A DNA stretch of 64,000 bases from the NCBI RefSeq assembly GCF_009914755.1, contig NC_060931.1. One strand, written 5' to 3'. The stretch comes from the human T2T-CHM13v2.0 reference genome, Homo sapiens. The notes under the pieces were generated by a model. It saw nothing but the letters and a program-made list of their open reading frames with translations, was not told the origin of the DNA and did no database searches. Both the position numbers and the translations under genes were made by a program. Shown in pieces: positions 37,139 through 63,018 of the stretch. Within the stretch, counting starts at the first letter, position 1; each line of letters opens with the position of its first letter.

Positions 37139-37644
37139 TGTTACCCGAGAAGGGTGTCCAGGTTCTTGGTGTCATGAACAAAGAATTGGACAAAATGCAC
37201 AAAGAAAGCAAGGAAAGAATGAGGCAACAAAAGCAGAGATTTATTGAAAATGAAGGTACACTTCACAGGGTGGGAGTGGCTTGAGCAAGTGGTTCAAGAG
37301 CCTGGTTACCAAATTTTTTGGGGGTTAAATATCCTCTAGAGGTTTCCCATTGGTTACTTGATGTACACCCTTGTAAATGAAGTAGTGCCCACAATCAGTC
37401 TGATTGGTTGAGGGAGGGGACCTATCAGAGGCTGAAGCAAGTTTCAAAGTTACACCCTATGCAAATCTCTGATTGATTGGGAAAAGGCTGAAGTGAAGTT
37501 ACAAAGTTATACTCCTATGCAAATGAAGACTTGGCCCATGACCAGCCTCATTGGTTGTGGAAAGGGACCAATCAGAGGTACTTTCAATTTTTCATCTACC
37601 ATGCAGAAAAAGGTTGGGGGTGGGGGTTGCAAAGGAAGTAGCCA
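37139..37644 (-). mobile_element. ERV1 LTR (MER51-like), truncated at duplicon junction
   Basis: tgttacc start, ggttcttgg..gaacaaagaattggacaaaa, repeated ccaatcagaggctgaag-like units; AATAAA on - strand at 37240-37245; similarity stops after aaaggaagtagcc. Confidence 0.7.
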
Positions 37645-38968
37645 AACAAACTCTGACTACAAACAGAGGTCCCAGTGGGTAGGGGGCTGGGACAAAGCTT
37701 TTGGGGGAGGGGGAGGACAGAGGACCTTGGGGCTGGGGGATCTAAGCTGGCCCCTCAATAAAGGGCCTCCTCGCCACCTCCCAGCCCACTGTCCCACCTC
37801 TGCCCTTGGCTCTGTTCCTTGCCTCCCTCCTGTCTGACCCCATCTGCCTCCTACAGGAGGAGCCCACCCACCCCCAAACACCTCCCAGTGTTCTGGGCCC
37901 AGCTCCTTCCCAGGCCTCACTGGTGCGACTCAGCTCCAGCTGGAAGAGCAGGTCCAGGAAGTCCTTGGCCAGCCCCTGCCCCAGGAAGAGCTTGAGCAGG
38001 TTCGTGGCCACGTCCTGGCGACACTCGGTGCTGGTTGTCTCCTCGATGAGTGGGATCAGCTGCCCTGGGCCCTGCAGGGAGAGGCACGGGGGATCCCGAA
38101 CCTTTCCCTCTGAGGACCTCAGAGCATCCCAGGGAAAGAGGACATTTTCCCAAGGGGTGGCTGGGGATGGGGCCCTGGACACTGGCCAGCTCCTCACATC
38201 CCCAGACCTCAGGTTTCTGCTCTGCAGAATGGGTTTGGAAGGACAGGCGCACAGGCCTACTGCCACTGGACCCTCCCACCCTGCCCAGGTCCCCTCACCT
38301 GCATGCCCAGCTTGACCTCGTGGCACAGCAGGTGCACCAGTGGCTGGTAGTAGCTGGAGGGCAGCACCGTCTCGTCCCGCAGCCGCACCTCCAGCTGCAA
38401 GGAGCCCAGGTTGCCCCTGGAATGGGCAGCCTGTGACCTCTCCACCAGGGACTCAGGCCACCCTGGACCACACCGCTCCCATGGCCTCCAGTTTTTTCCC
38501 TTGGGGCCAGCCTCCCATCTCTCTGCTCATGCCCTCCATCCGGGTGCCCTGCACAGCTCTGCCTCCCAGGCTCTGCCCGGGCTATTTATTTTCTGTTTTT
38601 GGAAAGCCCTTCCTGTCTCTGCACTCAAGGCACCTCTATCTGTCTTCGAGGTGTGGCTCCCTGCCACCTCCAAGCTTGGGTATGTGGAGCTGCCAGCCTT
38701 GAATCTATCAACTCCCAGATAATGGCACCATCATGGGTACACTTTACAGCAGAAGCAAATCCCCAACCCTCATAACAACCTAATAGGGAAACTGAGACCC
38801 GAGCCAGTTCAGCAACTTGCCACATTAGATTGAGCTTCCCAGCTTCCCTGTTCTGATAGGGAAGTTCAGAACAGAGGAGGGTGTGGACCAAGTGGGAGCC
38901 TCTAAGGCTCCCACTGCCCGTGCTCAGCACGAGCCTCATGCACAGAGCAGTGTTAAGATGGGCCCCTG

Positions 38969-44479
<5,511 letters not shown>

Positions 44480-46564
44480 TTAGGCTGACTTGGAATTGCA
44501 GCAGGAGTCTCATTGCCGAGGACAACGGGGGACAAGTCCCCTCACTCTGAGAGAGGCCTGGACATTCCTCTCCCCTGCTAGGACTCACTAGAAGGCCAAC
44601 CACTGTGGCCCCAGAGGATGGGAGAGGGGAGATTCCTGGAGAGAGGGGAGGGCCAGGGAGACATGCTTCCATGCCTCCCATCTCCGTGGGTGACGATGGG
44701 TGCCTGGGAGAAGTGGCCCCGAGGTCCCAGAGCCCGGCCACGTGTGTGAGCGGGTGCACACGTGTGCATGCCTGTCCCCCAGACAGCCTGGTGTCCAGAA
44801 AGGATAAGGATGGAAGAAGCGGGTGAGTTGGGGTGGGGCGGGGGGGAATGAATGGCAGAGGCCAGAGAGTGAGCGAGTGTGGGGGCGTGGCTGAGGCTCG
44901 GCCCAAGCCCAGACATTTTCCATCCATTTCTATTTTCCCAGGACAGAAAATAACTCCCGGGAAGCCAGAGTGAGCAACATGGGCATCATCCGACCCACAC
45001 CCCTCTGCCCAAGGGAAGTCTTCCTCTTAGACAGGCTGACCCCTCAAGGGTGGGGGGAACACTGGCTCCATAGGGCTGCCTGGCTGGGGGCCACCCTCCT
45101 GCCTCACAGGCAGGGAGCAACTTGGGGAGGTGGGTTTGGAGCTGGAAGGGAAGACGCTTCTCACGGACAGAGTGTGACTCAGACCCAGGCCCAGACGGGA
45201 GTGCAGCCTGCAGCTAAAAATACCCTGGGGGTTGGGGGGTGGCCCTGTCACAGGTGACTCAGGCCCATGGAACCATCCAAACCACTGTCCCTCCTTGGGG
45301 GAACCCTCAATTTGCCCATCGGGAGATTTTCAGCAACTCTTTTCACCCCCCCAGCCCCACGAGGGACCCACTTACACACACTCCCACCAGGCCAAGTTCA
45401 CACTGGCGTTAAACATAAGGAAGCCGGCCTTAGCACTGGGGGACTGAGGCTGTGTGATCAGAGTTCGGGGTCTCCTCACCCGTACCCCCTACTCCACTCC
45501 TCTGTGATGGCTCCAGTTCCTCCATGAGAACATTAGACTGTCCCTTAAGGGACATATCCCCTTGAGTGGAAATCACCCAAGAAGCATCTTCAAGTCCAGA
45601 AAACCTCCCCAGACCCTCTCTTTTTTCTTTCTTTTTTTTTTTTTTTTTGAGATGCAGTCTCGCTTGTCACCCAGGCTGGAGTGCAGTGGCGCCATCTCGG
45701 CTCACTGCAACCTCTGCCTCCTGGGTTCAAGACTCCTGCCTCAGCCTCCTGAGTAGCTGAGATTACAGGCGCCTGCCACCATGCCCGGCTAATTGTTGTA
45801 TTTTTAGTAGAGACAGGGTCTCACCATGGTGGTCAGGCTGGTCTTGAACTCCTGGCCTCAGGTGAACCACCTGCCTCGGCCTCCTAAAGTGCTGGGATTA
45901 CAGGTGTGAGACACTGTGCCTGGCGAGACCCTCTCTTGAGAGCAGGCTTTGATGGGAGGTGGCCAGCTCTGGGACCAGGAGGTAGAGGTGGGGCGAGGGG
46001 GGGCTCAGCTTCCTCATTGGGTTTCTCTAGTTGCAGGGGACCCACTGCCCGCCCCCAGGCCCCTGAGTCTCACCTGGCCTCCAGCACAGAGCAGCGTAGC
46101 TGGCAGGCCCGGGCCCCTGGGCGCACTTCCAGCCGCAGGTGGATCTCGCCCTGCACCTCCTCATCAGGGTCAACCTCCGTCAGGTGGGCCCACCCGCTGA
46201 AACCTGTGGGGTCAGCTCAGCCAGGGACACGGCCCTGAACCCCCATACCCTCCACCCTCAGCCCCACCAGGCACCTTGAGGCACCTCCATAATCTCCTGG
46301 GAATCCCCTAGGCACCCGTGAAGCAGGGGCTGGTATCCCCAATGACAGATGGGGAAACTGAGGCTCAGCAGGTGAAGAAACAGCAGTTGGAAGAGCTGGG
46401 ATTAGAATCTAAGTCAGTGACCTGGGGCCTGTGCCCTCACTATTGTGTCATTTTTGTCGTTGTTGTTTTTAGAGACAGGGTCTCACCCTGTGAGCCAGGT
46501 GTGGTGGCGCATGCCTGTAATCCCAGCTCCTCAGGAGGCTGAGGCAGGAGAATTACTTGAACTC

Positions 46565-46613
46565 AGATCGCACCATTGCACTCCAGACTGGGTGACAGAG
46601 CAAGACCCCATCT

Positions 46614-46648
<35 letters not shown>

Positions 46649-47113
46649 TGGAGTCTTGCTATGTTGCTCAGGCTGGTCTCAAACTCCTGACCTCAAGCAA
46701 TCCTCCCACCTCAGCCTCCCAAGGTGCTGGGATTATGAGCGTGGGCCGCTGTACCCAGCCAGATTCCCCATCTTAAAACGGGAAGAGAGTGGCCCTCCCC
46801 TAGGGCTGCTGGGAGGAGGGTCTGAGGCCCAGATGGAGAAGCTACAAGATTGCGCCATTGCACTCCAGACTGGGTGACAGAGCAAGACCCCATCTCAAAA
46901 AAAAAAAAAAAGATGGAGTCTTGCTATGTTGCTCAGGCTGGTCTCAAACTCCTGACCTCAAGCCATCCTCCCACCTCAGCCTCCTAAGGTGCTGGGATTA
47001 TAAGTGTGGGCCGCTGTACCCAGCCAGATTCCCCATCTTAAAACAGGAAGAGAGTGGCCCTCCCCTAGGGCTGCTGGGAGGAGGGTCTGAGGCCTGGATG
47101 GGGAAGCTACAAG
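46565..47113. repeat. Tandem duplication, two ~270-280 bp units
   Basis: Unit 1 46565-46846 and unit 2 46847-47113 share Alu 3' end, poly(A), reverse Alu arm and unique gaagagagtggccctcccctagggctgctgggaggagggtctgaggcc. Confidence 0.92.
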
Positions 47114-47358
47114 GCACCCGGAGGAATAGCCTCACTGGGGCCACTAGACCCCAGAGACGCTGGCTAAGGCTGCAGGTGGGAAAGGCCTTTGGCCTGGCAG
47201 GGGCCAAGAAGCCCCATGAGTCAGCAGAACCTGCCTCCGCCCTGCCCCCATCCCTGGCCCAGCGTCACAGACAGGAGCAGGTGTGTGTGGGGGCAAGCCA
47301 GTAAGCGGGACACAAAGGCTCTGATGGCAGAGCCCATAGCATCCAAGAACTGGTTTGA

Positions 47359-47829
<471 letters not shown>

Positions 47830-48018
47830 TGAGCCACCATGCCCGGCCTCCATCTTTGTTTTTCTTTTGGAGATGGAGTCTTGCTCTGTCATCCAGGTTG
47901 GAGTGCAATGGCGTGATCTTGACTCACTGCAACCTCCGCCTCCTGGATTCAAGCGATTCTCCTGCCACAGCCGCCTGAGTAGCTGGGATTACAGGTGCCC
48001 ACCACCACGTCCAGCTAA

Positions 48019-48365
<347 letters not shown>

Positions 48366-50500
48366 TAGTAGAGACGGGGTTTCACCATGTTAGCCAGGAT
48401 GGTCTCGATCTCCTGACCTCGTGATCCACCCGTCTCGGCCTCCCAAAGTGCTGGGATTACAGGTGTGAGCCACCGTGCCCGGCCTTTTCTTTTTTTAAAA
48501 AACTATATAAAAATTGTAAAAACAATAACACAAAACAATGTCTGCATCCCAGAAATAATTGAAAGGGATCTCCAGCCTGGACTGGCTCTAGGCCAACCCT
48601 TCAGACTTAGGAAACAGTAGTACTAGGGCCCAGATGGAGGAGACCCCATGGGTTACAGAAGGAGCTGGCCTGATTTGGAGAAGGGGTCCCTATGCTTCAG
48701 CAATAGAGTGTAAGGAGGCCCCTTCTTCTGCCAGCAGAGGCCTCAGATTCCACCCATAGCAGCCCCTCTTCACCCTAGGGAAGAGGCAGTAACAACCAGG
48801 CTTGGGAACATGCTGCAGAACAGAGGCCAGGAGTACAGAATGTGGCCCCGGCTTCTGGGGAGAGTAGAAATGGCTTTCCCTGAGCAGGAGACCAGACGGA
48901 GCCTAGAGGGGAGGTCTCTGAGTGGGAGGGAGGCCAGGGACTGGGCAGACCAGTGCGGGAGGGAAGGGAGAACTTACCCTTAGGGTGAGAAGCTATGGTG
49001 TCCCTTGTAAGGCAGACCTTTCCGATAACGTCGTCCCGGCTAGAGGAGGGAGATGGAGGCAGAGCTGGGCAGGGCTTCAGTATCTGCCCTCTGGGACCTC
49101 CCACCAAGTTCAGGGCCCCCCCGGGGGGAGCAGGGTGGTGGACACCGATGTCATTTCCAGAGTAACCCAACAGAGCTGGACCTGTGGCCCTTCTGTAGGC
49201 TGTGGGTTCTGGACCCTCTAGGGGGATGTGATAGGTTTCTCACATGCCCACACATGCCAAGCTCACACTCTCTGGGTGCCCATCTCACAGCTCACACCTG
49301 CACGCACACGTGTAGTCCATGCACACTTGTGCCCGCATGCCTGCACACACACGTGTGTATGTGGTGCATGCACCATGGAGCCACGCATGTGCACACCCAC
49401 ATGCTCAAGCCTTTCGCCCTCCCAGGCCCCCAGGCTCTGCCTCCCTCCAGGCTGCAAAGAGGATGCCAAAAAGGACCCAGGAGTCCTGGTGGTGAAATGG
49501 GCCAGGGAGCAATCAGATGGCCAGGTCTGGGTCCCAGCTGGAGAGGGGGGCACTCACCTGAGGGCATCCTCATCCATGACGTAGAAAGCCACAGCGTGGA
49601 AGGTGGGCGGCAGGTGCACTTGGTACTCCTCACCCCAGAAGGGGCACAGGGTCTTCCACACTGTGGCTGTCCTGCAGGAGAGAACCCTCAGCATGTGCCC
49701 AGGCCACCCCCAGGCCCTGGGCTTGGACCTTCCTTGTATCTCCCCCTACCCCTATAACAACTGGCTCTGCCACTGATGTGTTTTCCCTGTGCCAGACCCT
49801 ACTGTTCACCACCAATCACTACCCCCTGACATTCCTCTCTGCTCTGGATGGGGCACAGGGCTGCCTCTCTCTGGCTGTTATTTATTTTATTTTATTTTTT
49901 TGAGACGGAGTCTCGCTCTGTCGCCCAGGCTAGAGTGCAGTGGCGTCATCTCAGCTCACTGCAACCTCTGCCTCCCAGGTTCAAGCAATTCTCCCTGCCT
50001 CAGCTTCCTGAGTAGCTGGGATTACAGACGCCTGCCACCACGCCCAGCTAATTTTGTCATTTTAGTAGAGACAGGGTTTCACCCTGTTGGCCAGGCTGCT
50101 CTCGAACTCCTGACCTCAAGTGATCCGCTCCCCTTGGCCTCCCAAAAGACATGTTTGGGAGGCTCAGTGCTCATTTCTCATGGGGAGATGTCTAGAAGCA
50201 GAATTGCTGGGGCCTGGGGCAGGCGTAGAACACTGGATTCTAAACAGGCCGGTTCTTACTGTGCCTCTCCGAGCATTTCACACGCGTTCCCACCACCTTC
50301 CCAGGGGACCTACCACGTGTCTCCTTCACCTCCCTTTATTCTCCCAGTAACAGAAACTTCAGATCCATCAGCCTCTGTTTTGCAGAGCAGAGCAGCCCTC
50401 CTGACCTTGCTCCTGTCCTGGTGGGCCCAGGGCACACCCGTCACAGCTAAAGGGCCCACTGGGTTGGCCAACAAGGAGAGAGCCCTTTCCTGCAGGCTGA

Positions 50501-50993
<493 letters not shown>

Positions 50994-51812
50994 TGATGTG
51001 AACAACAGGGAACCGGCGGCTCACAGAAAGGTGGGGTAGGAGAGAACAGCTTAGAGGCAAATGTCTCCTACTTTGAGGACTAAGTCCAGAGATGTAGCTT
51101 CAAGGTCCAGTTTCTCTGCTTGGGCCTGGGGAAAGCTTTTCACTTTTTGGGATCTTAGTACGAGCCTGGTGTCCCTCCAGGGTCCAGGTGGGCCCTTCCA
51201 TTCACCCCAGCCTTAGACCCAAGGCAGATGAGTTGAGTACAACCAAGAACCATTGGCCACACCCTTCCCAGGCCCTGAGAGGTCACTTCCTGGACAGCCC
51301 AGGCTGGAACCGGCCCACGGTGGGAAGAGAAGGGGTCTCCCACTGGAGATAAGGCCTCCAGTCAATGTCTCTGACATTCATGGAGATCCCTCTGGGGCTC
51401 AGTGGCTGGTCAGAGGGGTCGAGGCAGGGCCCTGGGCAGCGGGTGGACAGGCTCCGTGATCAGAGGGACCGTCACCCAGCCCGCCCTTGGCCGTCAGCCC
51501 AGACCCAGGTTCCTCTCTTCCCAGAAGTTCATCCCCCTAAATGGACTTACGTGCTTAGCTCTCATTAACATTCTGAACCTTCCAGAAAGGGAGTGGAAAT
51601 ATCCTGCCTCATCTCCTGCTGAGGAAGCCTGGGTAGGAGTGGAGGAAGATAAAGGGACCCCCCCAAGGGCTGCTGCTGGGGCCAGAGATGTGGGGGTCCC
51701 AGGCAAGGGTGTTGTCCTGAGCAGAGTCTCTACACCAGCTCAGTCACCAAGGAGGCTCTGCAAGTTCATCCAGCAGAGGTGGGAGAGCTGAACACCCCTG
51801 CCTCTCTCTTAG

Positions 51813-52186
<374 letters not shown>

Positions 52187-52618
52187 TAACACTGCTACTG
52201 TGCATGAGGCTTGTGCTGGGCAGGGGCTCCCTGGGCTGGGCTGAAGTGACCTGGGTAGCTGGCATGGGTGGTCTGAGTCTCCAGGTCTGTGTTCTCATTT
52301 CTCACCTGTCTCCCTCCGTCCCTTCACCCCAGCAGAGACAGATTACAGCCTGCACCATGGGTGGCCAGGAGATAATCTTTCTTTTAATTTTGTATTTTTT
52401 TATTTTTTGAGACACAGTCTCGCTTTGTCACCCAGGCTGGAGTGCAGTGGCGCAATCTCAGCTCAGTGCAACCTCCAACACCTGGATTCAAGCGATTCTC
52501 CTGTCTCAACCTCTTGAGTAGCTAGGATTACAGGCGTGTGCCACCATGCCCAGCTAATTTTTGTATTCCAGATATTCCTTTGTATTCGATATACTCTTTT
52601 TTTTTTTTTTCGAGATGA

Positions 52619-53057
<439 letters not shown>

Positions 53058-53924
53058 TGATTTGGAGGTTGACAAACCACTCAAGGTAGAAGAGACAGAA
53101 GTGGTGGAAGCATTTGAAGCTGAGCTTGGAGGACCAGAGGACTGGGGCTCCAGGAGAAGGGGTGGGAGGTGGGGGAAGGGTGGCAGGGAGCAGCTGGTGT
53201 GAGCCCTCATGAACCATCCTGGAGACCCAGGAGCCTTGGGCCCGACAGCACAGCTCAAACCCGTCCAGCAAGCAGGGGTTCCAGCTCCTGCAACACTGAA
53301 TCCCCCAAATCCCTACAAGTCCCCAGGGGCATCTGGGGACAGTCTGCATTTCAGCCAGGACCTCACCTATGGGTCCTGGGAGCAAGGGGAAGCCATCCCC
53401 TTTGCCTGGAGTGTCCTGCTTGGGAAGGGCCCCCACAGCAGGGTGGCTGGGACCCCAGAGAGACCCCTCTCTCAAACCATAGCCCTTGCCTTTTTGTGAC
53501 CCTGCAATGGAAATATCCCCCAGGAAGGTTACTTTGATGGGGTCAGACCGGGTAGCCCCCGCCCACTCGCTGCCCCAGACTCTTGGACAAGCTGATTCCC
53601 TCCCCGAGGCTTCACAGCCCCCCACTGCCCAAGTCTTCAGACCCCTCAGGTAAACCCTTATTTCCAAGAGCGCCCCGGCTCCCATGTCAAAGAGGGGGTG
53701 CAGAGACACACTGTGTGGGTGAGTGGAGGGCTGCCTGGTTTCCAACAGTGGTCCCCTTGGGGCACCTGTGCTCCTGCTGCAGTGGACGGCTGGGTGTCTG
53801 GAGGAAGGGCTGGGGTGTGGAGACAGCCGTGGGGCACAGCCAGCAGGGGTGGGGGTTCCAGGCTGACTCCCTCTGCATCTGCTGAGGGATGGGCTGCGAA
53901 TGGTTTCTGTCCCCTGATATCCAC

Positions 53925-54242
53925 TTGCTCTTTTTCCTTTCTTTCTTTTCTCCTTCTCCTCCCCTCCCCTTTCCTTCCCTTCCCTCCTTCCTTCCTTCCT
54001 TTCTCTCTCCTTCCTTCCCCTCCTTCCTTCCCCTCTCCTTCCTTCCTCTCTCCTTCCTTCCCCTCCTTCCTTCCTTCCCCTCTCCTTCCTTCCTTCCCCT
54101 CTCCTTCCTTCCTTCCTCTTTCCTCTTTCTTTCCTTCCTTCTTTCTTTGCTTTCTTTTTCTTTCTTTCATCTTTCTCTCTCTCTCTCTCTCCCTTTCTTT
54201 CTCCCTCTCCCTCTCCTCTCTCTTTCTCTCTTTATTTCTTTC
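53925..54242. repeat. Polypyrimidine/polypurine (CCTT/CT)n tract
   Basis: ~315 bp almost exclusively C/T, adjoining a reverse Alu. Confidence 0.95.
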
Positions 54243-54290
54243 TGACAAGGTCTCAGGGTCTTGCTCTGTGCCCGGGCTGGAGTGCAGTGA

Positions 54291-54401
<111 letters not shown>

Positions 54402-55271
54402 TAAAACTTTTTAAGAGATGGGGGTCTCCGTATGTTGCCCAGGCTGGTCTTGAACTTCTGGGCTCAAGCGATCCTCCCACCTAGGCCTCCCAAAGCGCTG
54501 GGATTACAGATGGGACCCATCGCACCCAGCCCGTTCTTTCCCTGCTCTTATTTCTGCTGCTTTTTGCCCTTTTCCCCACTGAGTCCAGCCGTGGAACTGA
54601 CGCCAGCTCTCTGATTTTATCTTGTGTTTATTGGGAAATGGTGGTGCCCATCTCTGGGCCAGTCCAGACAGCTTCCCCCTAGGAAGTGAGCCGAGTTCCC
54701 ACGGCGTGTCAGAGTTAAAAACAAGGACAAGAGACAGCGTGAGAGACATAAGAGAGGGGGCACGGAGAAAGACAGAAAAGCAGAGAGAGGGACACACAGG
54801 TCCCCTGCTTCCTCTTCTGTTTGTTCATTAATCAGGCTGATGTCAGGTGGCACAAGGGGCATTGGACATCATTTCATGGCTCAAGATCATTGTCCCTAAG
54901 TCTGTTTTCCCAGGCTGTCCCCTTAAGAGCTGGGCTGCCGCGGCCACACCCTGCAGTCCATGTCACCCTCCAGCCATTGCTCTCCTGTGGGTGTGCCTGG
55001 CAGAGCCTCCAGCTCTGTGCCTGCCCCCTGGAATGCCCCTAAAGCCCTTCCAGCCCCTTACCCAGCCTTCAAGGCCACACCTGTGCCCCTCCTTCATGCA
55101 GCCCCCAGATGGGATCAGGAGGCAGGGTGTGCCTCTCTGTCCCTCAAGGGCTCCCTGGTCATCTCTGTGCATGTCTAGATGCCACTGAGATGGACTGGCC
55201 TTGATGGCCGGGACTCTATGTCTTAGCATCCAGCATGGCTAGCTGAAGTCAGTGGCTGCAGAGTGTGGGAA

Positions 55272-55316
55272 TGAGTGAGTGAGTGAGTGAGTGAGTGAAT
55301 GAATGAATGAATGAAT
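55272..55316. repeat. (TGAG)n(TGAA)n microsatellite
   Basis: Directly visible. Confidence 0.9.
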
Positions 55317-55379
55317 GGGGGAGAACTGAGTGACCCAAGGGAGGCCCAGACCTGGACAGGAGCTTCTGGTGCCTCTTGT

Positions 55380-60624
<5,245 letters not shown>

Positions 60625-60860
60625 TAGCCTTACTGTGGCCTTGTGGGTTCAGGGTTACCATCCTCATTTTACAGATAGGGACAGTAAGGCTGGCAGAGAG
60701 ACCTGTCCTGCCCCAGGTGACAATTTCTCTAGGATCCTGAGCCTTGCCCTGGTCCTACACGCCCTTGGGGACCTCCTCAGGAGGAGGAGCCAGGGGCAGT
60801 GGTGCAGAAAGACTACCCAGGTGTATGATGTCAGAGGCAGGCAGGGAGGTGTTGGGGGCA

Positions 60861-60866
60861 TTTATT
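60861..60866 (-). terminator. Poly(A) signal of UPK3BL-like unit
   Basis: AATAAA on - strand ~470 nt past the stop (including an Alu in the 3'UTR). Confidence 0.6.
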
Positions 60867-60922
60867 TCTGATAGAGACTGGCACAAGCTTTGGGCTAAGG
60901 ACACCCGCCCCCACCCTCATCT

Positions 60923-61242
60923 AGAAACAATCTCTCTCGCCAGACTTGATGGCTCACGCCTGTAATCCCAGCACTTCGGGAGGCCGAGTCGGGCAGATCA
61001 CAAGGTCAAGAGATGGAGGCCATCCTGGCCAACATGGTGAAAACCCATCTCTACTAAAAATACAAAAATGAGCTGGGCATGGCGGCGTGTGCCTGTAGTC
61101 CCAGCTACTCAGGAGGCTGAAGCAGGAAAATCGCTTGAACCCGTGTTGCAGTGAGCCAAGATCGCGCCAGCCTGGCGACAGAGTGAGACTCCGTCTCAAA
61201 AAAAAAAAAAAAAAAAAGTAAAGAAAAGAAACAATCTCTCTC
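60923..61242 (+). mobile_element. Alu in UPK3BL-like 3'UTR with perfect 16-bp TSD
   Basis: agaaacaatctctctc at 60923-60938 and 61227-61242. Confidence 0.9.
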
Positions 61243-61335
61243 AGGGTCCAGAAGCTTCAGGGCGTGTCCCAGCCCAGGCTCTGCAGCCTGGGCCAGGGAG
61301 GAGGTGGAGGGACACGTGGGCCCCTCTGGTACCCC

Positions 61336-61444
61336 TCAGGAATCCCCCTCGGCCAGAGTGCTGAACGCGAGGTGCGTGGTGTATCTTCTCACACTCCCTG
61401 TCTCCTCTGGGCCTGATAGGGAAGTGCTCCTGCAGCTGTTGAAG
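61336..61444 (-). pseudogene. UPK3BL-like last coding exon (FNSCRSTSLSGPEETGSVRRYTTHLAFSTLAEGDS*)
   Basis: Polypyrimidine + aag acceptor, TGA at 61336-61338; matches the remembered UPK3BL1 C-terminus closely. Confidence 0.88.
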
Positions 61445-61978
61445 CTTGGGAGGGGAGGAGAGAGGGAGAGATGATGGATGCTGAAGAAAGGCTCTGGCCG
61501 AGATCCCACAGCCATTGGCTAGCATGCTCTGACCCATCGCACAGGGGAAACTGAGACTCCACTGGCCGGGCAGAATTAACCAAAGGGACTGAGGCGATTC
61601 CTTCAAACCTCACAAATCCAGCTCATTGCTCCTGCTCCCCATCACTCTCCCCCTCCACCCTCCACACCTCAGGACCCCGCTCAAACATTATCTGCCTGTC
61701 TCCCCTGATCAAAACCCACTCCCGGCTCCCATAGGCTGCAGGATACAGCCCAGTTCCTCAGCTAGGCACCTGGGGCCCCTTGCCTGGCCTGGCTGCATGC
61801 ACCCCTCCTGCTCCTCCTGCCCCTCCTGCCCCCACACCTCCCCACCCCCTTTTTATCACTCCCTCTCCCCCTCCTCCCCAAATCCCACCAGGGCTAGGTC
61901 TCCCCTTTTCTCTAGGAAGCCTTGTGGACACTCTCTGTGCCCCAGGCTCAGGCACCTGAGCTCTGTATGAAACCCTGA

Positions 61979-62104
<126 letters not shown>

Positions 62105-62532
62105 TGAGTAGCTGGGATTACAAGCACGTGCCACCACACCCAGCTAATTTTTTGTATTTTTAGTAGAGCTGGGGTTTCACTATGTTGGCCAGGCCGGTCT
62201 TGAACTCCTGACCTCAGGTGATCTGCGGGCCTCAGCCTCCCAAAGTGCTGGGATTACAGGCGTGAGCCACTGCACCCGGCCTGTATGGCGTCTTGAGGCA
62301 ATGCTCAGAGCTTGGTGTGAAAGCAATTCACCTCCTCCTTGGGCGCCTCCCCGACTGGGGTGTCCGCAGGCGGCAACCACTTGCAATCCCAGATGCTGCC
62401 ACCAGGGGGTGCACAGTGCCCGCTTGGAAGGTGGGCAGGGGCGGGCGGGGAGGAACTAGAGAGGGAGGGGTTAATGCCCAAGGGCCCCGCCCCTCCCAAG
62501 AGGCATGGGCGGTCTCAGCCCGGTCCACTCAC

Positions 62533-62653
62533 CAGCTGTATATGAGCACAGCCAGGAGGACCGTGAGGACGACGGCCAGGAGGATAGACAGGATGGCGAT
62601 GATGACCACGGTGCCCGGGCTCTGGGGGCCAGGGACAGCCCGAAGTGCCTGGG
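62533..62653 (-). pseudogene. UPK3BL-like transmembrane exon (QALRAVPGPQSPGTVVIIAILSILLAVVLTVLLAVLIYS)
   Basis: ccctcag acceptor, gtgag donor, 121 nt, hydrophobic TM helix, phase-compatible with both neighbours. Confidence 0.9.
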
Positions 62654-62941
62654 CTGAGGGCAGTGATGGGGGCCGCATAGGCGGGCAGGAAAAGAAATTT
62701 TACCTGACCGGAAGGGGCCCTTGGGCAGAATCCAGACCAATCACCGCCCTGCCTCCCCTACCACCACCCAGGCCTGGGGGAAGGGGGTGGCTGGGGGAGG
62801 GGCGCCTGCAGATTGCAAGATGGTTGGCTGCCTCTGACTGAGTGGTGAGCTGACCTGGTCCCCCAGCCCATCCTCAGTCCTCAGGACCCCCAGGCCCCAG
62901 CCCCCTGCCCCTACTGTTTGACCGGAGCCTCTGGCCCCTAC

Positions 62942-63018
62942 CTTGCTGCAGGCGAGTGTTGCTGGACCACTTTGTTTCAGCCACGGGTCCTTTGTCATTC
63001 ATCACCAGGAACTTCACC
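62942..63018 (-). pseudogene. UPK3BL-like (uroplakin 3B-like) exon (VKFLVMNDKGPVAETKWSSNTRLQQ)
   Basis: cattcag acceptor, gtaggg donor, 77 nt; uroplakin-3 family (YR)VKF motif. Confidence 0.88.
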
